Source: Phoronis australis
Taxonomy: Eukaryota; Animalia; Phoronida
Direction: 5' to 3'
DNA length: 64,000 bases
Assembly: GCA_002633005.1 (NCBI GenBank)
Contig: NMRA01000088.1
Span: 667,318-731,317, forward strand
Made by a program: the position numbers and the translations under genes. Each line of letters starts with the position of its first letter. Position 1 is the stretch's first letter. Below are positions 60,842 through 64,000 of the stretch, piece after piece. The notes beneath the pieces are model-generated. The model was not told the origin of the DNA and searched no databases. It saw only the letters and a list, made by a program, of their open reading frames with translations.

Positions 60842-60883
60842 TTCAATAGGTGTCTTGGCTATGGACATACAAAGCAGGTTTGT
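60842..60883 (+). mobile_element. Degenerate gag/ORF1 CCHC zinc knuckle fragment
   Basis: FNRCLGYGHTKQVC = CX2CX4HX4C with the first Cys codon read as TTC (one change from TGC). Confidence 0.4.
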
Positions 60884-62578
60884 TGGAATGCAGACAGGAA
60901 TTCCATCTCTTGCTGGTGTTCAGCCCCCTACCCCTCTTGAATCCACTTTCATTCAACACAAGCCACCCCAATTCGCTACCCATTTCAGATACCATCAGGC
61001 ACGGATGATGGGGGTCCAGTGAATCAGTCCCAAATAGCTACTCCACTTTATTCCCTTAAAAATACTGCATATTTCTGCTGAAATTGAAATTGTTTGGCGT
61101 TTTCTACCCTACTTTTGTGGGAACTCAAGATGAGTGTCTATTATTCTATGCTCGAGTACATAATGACTTACGTGAATAATTTATTAGACCTTGTTTGGAG
61201 TTAAGGATGTCTCCAACTTTATTCACAAAAATTGGCCATTTTTACAATATTTCACTTGTGTCTAGCAAAATACCTTATCTTCATTCTCGGGGAACTTCAA
61301 ATACAAAATTTATACCGCGTAGCGAGAAAATAAAAAAGATTTAGCAGAACCACCTTGGAACCGCACAACCGCATGGATATTTGTTTACTACTTATCCAAG
61401 GTCAAAGGTTAAAGTGCTTTCAATTAAATCGAATCTCCCGCCAGGTACAGAACAGCTTCGTATACCCTCAGTCCTTTCATTCTGACGGGTAAAATCCTGG
61501 CTAATACTCTGCCCCTGTTTTCGTGTAACTAGGCACAGCCCCCCCCCCCCCCCCCCCNTGAATGGAGAATGTCGTAAGGTGTGGATTTTCGAAACAAAGA
61601 TCTGGAAACATATGATGGTTGGGGGGATGAGAGTCCGTTAATTTTTCAGTTATATTTTAAAACAAAGTTTGTGCACTGAAGTTTTAATAATTAATTGTTA
61701 ATTAATCAATTTATATTAACACCAGGAATTTTGGGGAAAGAAAGCTATTTCCGCCCCCAACCTTTTGGTTGAGGGCCGCCCCCGGTATTTGCTCCTACTT
61801 CTTCTTCAGAAGGTCCGTCTTATGTTTATTACTTCCCTGACCTCCCTGGACAAAATCCTACATGTTCTGTACCTGCTCACCCTCCCATCACCTATTTTCA
61901 CCTGTTTACCTCTGATTTCTGAGTCACACTCTTACTTATGGTGTATTTCCCGTAATTTTTATTTCTTTTACTGCCCACGTATTTTCTTGATATACCGAGT
62001 CTAGATTTTGCTTATGTGTATTTTCCATGGCACTGCTCATGTTTTTTGTTTTCAATATTTTAAGCAAAGACACTTCACAATTTTGAATTTGACAAACTGA
62101 AATCGGCCGTAGTTAACGCTTCGCGTACTTCGTCGGCGCACACACGCCCGCTGGGTGACGCCACAGTCCGTGACGCTATAATGGCTGCGGCCTTTGTGAA
62201 TAGTCTTGTTAACGTCTTTGGTATAAGCTCACGAACATACTCGCGAGACAATCGCTTTTCATTCACGTGATTTTGAGAGATTTTTTGACTTGTTCTTGAC
62301 TTTCTTTCGAAAAACTAGGTCTACTGAACGCTCGGTCTACTGGCAAGAACGCCTCGCGATTATGGTGGCACCGTCTCCAAAACGGATAATGGGAGGTATG
62401 ATGTTCGGGTCGCAATTCCTCATGTTGCTCTTCCTTCCAGGCTCCAGTTTGCTAACTTCTTAATTTCCTGTAATAATTGTCTTCCGTTAAAATTAATTAT
62501 TTCGTCATCTGTTAAACTTATTTATTCATGTAATTGTATATTGTATTGTATTTATTTGAACACTCTGAAAACTTTAAT

Positions 62579-63080
62579 GTTATGTAGGACCTTATTGGAG
62601 AGTTTTTATTTGGCCAAAAGTCTACAGAGCTAGAGATTTTAACAGAGTAAAAGTGAATTTTTTTCTGAAAATAGAGAAAGCCTATAGAATTTAATTTTGA
62701 ACTTTTTACCTATCTGACTTTAATTGGGTCACGTAACTATGCCTTGTAGTAAAATTTAGCATCGATAAAAAAACAACGGTATCAATAACATTACAATTTT
62801 TTATATAAATTTTCAAGATGAAATTTCAAAAAACCTTGTTTCACTTTTCTAAACTATCATTTAGCTTTCATTTTAAGAACTTTTTAAAATTTCATGAAAC
62901 TAATGAAATTCCCATTTTGATAGCCTCTCTTGTAGAAATGGCACATTTCAAAAACAATTCCTGGACGTCTTGTGGAGAACAGTGCACAAAGCCTAGCATC
63001 TGAAAGTTTCATATGAATCTGAGCAGCCGTTTCGGAGATATTTAGCCACATTTTGAGGTTTGTGTAAGGTCCTACATAAC
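62579..63080. mobile_element. MITE with perfect 16-bp TIR GTTATGTAGGACCTTA; diverged relative at about 1687-2125
   Basis: aat|gttatgtaggacctta ... taaggtcctacataac|ttt; internal blocks gggtcacgt, ttttgatagcc and tggagaacagtgc are shared with 1687-2125. Confidence 0.75.
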
Positions 63081-64000
63081 TTTGATTTTACATCTCTCTT
63101 GGTATGCTAATTGTATGTTAGTATGTGCAACTGCGCTCACTTGGAAATCAGTGGATTCACCGCAGTGATCATCCAGTAAAGTTCTTTACATTTTAAATCC
63201 CTTCCAATTTTTAGATGTTCATTTAGTTCTCTTGAGACAGAATTTATTATGCTGCAACCTTATAATTATTGTCCGAAACAGAACGAGTTGTAGAGGATTG
63301 TTTAGATGTTTGTGTCAAATGCATTCAGCAAACGTCTTCTGTTGCAATAAAAATACTAGTTTTCCATCAGTTGTTAGAACGGCCATGGCCGTGGGACTAA
63401 TCTCCGAGCGTAAGCCATGGTTGGTGTTTTTAGGACCTGTAGCTGACTTGATGTCAGCGCCATCATGCGGATTATTTTCTGAAAGTAGCCCACTGTGAGA
63501 GTTCAACTTATCACGCCGTGTGACTTTTCAAACGAAATCCTAAGTGCAGGGATATCCTACTAGTCTCAATGAAAAGCTGAAATATCTGTTTGATGAATTT
63601 TAACTCATTGTTGAATTATTCGTGATTTAAATAGTTCATGCTCCATTTAGGCATAGATTATAGACAACAGATTCGCAACTCCGGCATATTCTTACGAGCT
63701 GAGTTGAACTCTCCTGACCTATCTGCTGCAGTTTCCGGTCAGTGTAATTTGACGAGAAATACTTGCATCTACTTTACTGTCCAAAACAGCGAAAAAAAAC
63801 ATTAATTTATATTAATTTCGGTATTTAAACGCTTTTCAAAGTCTTTCAATAGTAGAAGTGTTGGTATTGTGAGTACTTTTGGCAATGCTACTGGTAATTA
63901 ATTTCAAAATTCAAACTTCGGTTCCGACCCTTTATGTCGTCTGCTTGCCCAATAGCAGCATAGTTATCGGACAGTTTTTGATTTACGGTTCACATAGGCC

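Noticed and set aside
63315-63506. Minus-strand ORF as the last exon of an upstream gene
   Set aside because: An in-frame stop lies between the best acceptor and the ORF, and no homology is recognisable.

Overview
AT-rich animal genomic DNA, probably from a marine invertebrate. It is a draft assembly with a 342-N gap at 27115-27456 and several single Ns. The only host gene I can support is a minus-strand, multi-exon SLC6 (neurotransmitter:sodium symporter) gene of the glycine/amino-acid transporter subfamily (GlyT1/GlyT2-like). Nine GT-AG exons join in frame and cover TM1-TM9 (29648-29837, 12978-13109, 9042-9351, 8067-8199, 5581-5715, 4709-4812, 2642-2766, 2199-2311, 110-241). A candidate ATG micro-exon lies at 30735-30761, and the 3' exons lie off the left edge. 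Four of the nine exons are missing from the ORF track. Everything else is intronic or intergenic and dense with decayed transposons, several nested. These include an ISL2EU-type element (THAP plus SAP/YqaJ exonuclease) inside an older repeat, an Academ element carrying a Penelope-like retroelement, an RNase H-bearing LINE inside an L2-group LINE, a Harbinger remnant, a tRNA-derived SINE and many MITEs. The most unusual object is a 389-bp intronic fold-back element with an 8-bp TSD and a Penelope-type hammerhead ribozyme core on each strand. I did not find a clearly new multi-gene system. All family assignments come from motif recognition by eye, not from database searches.
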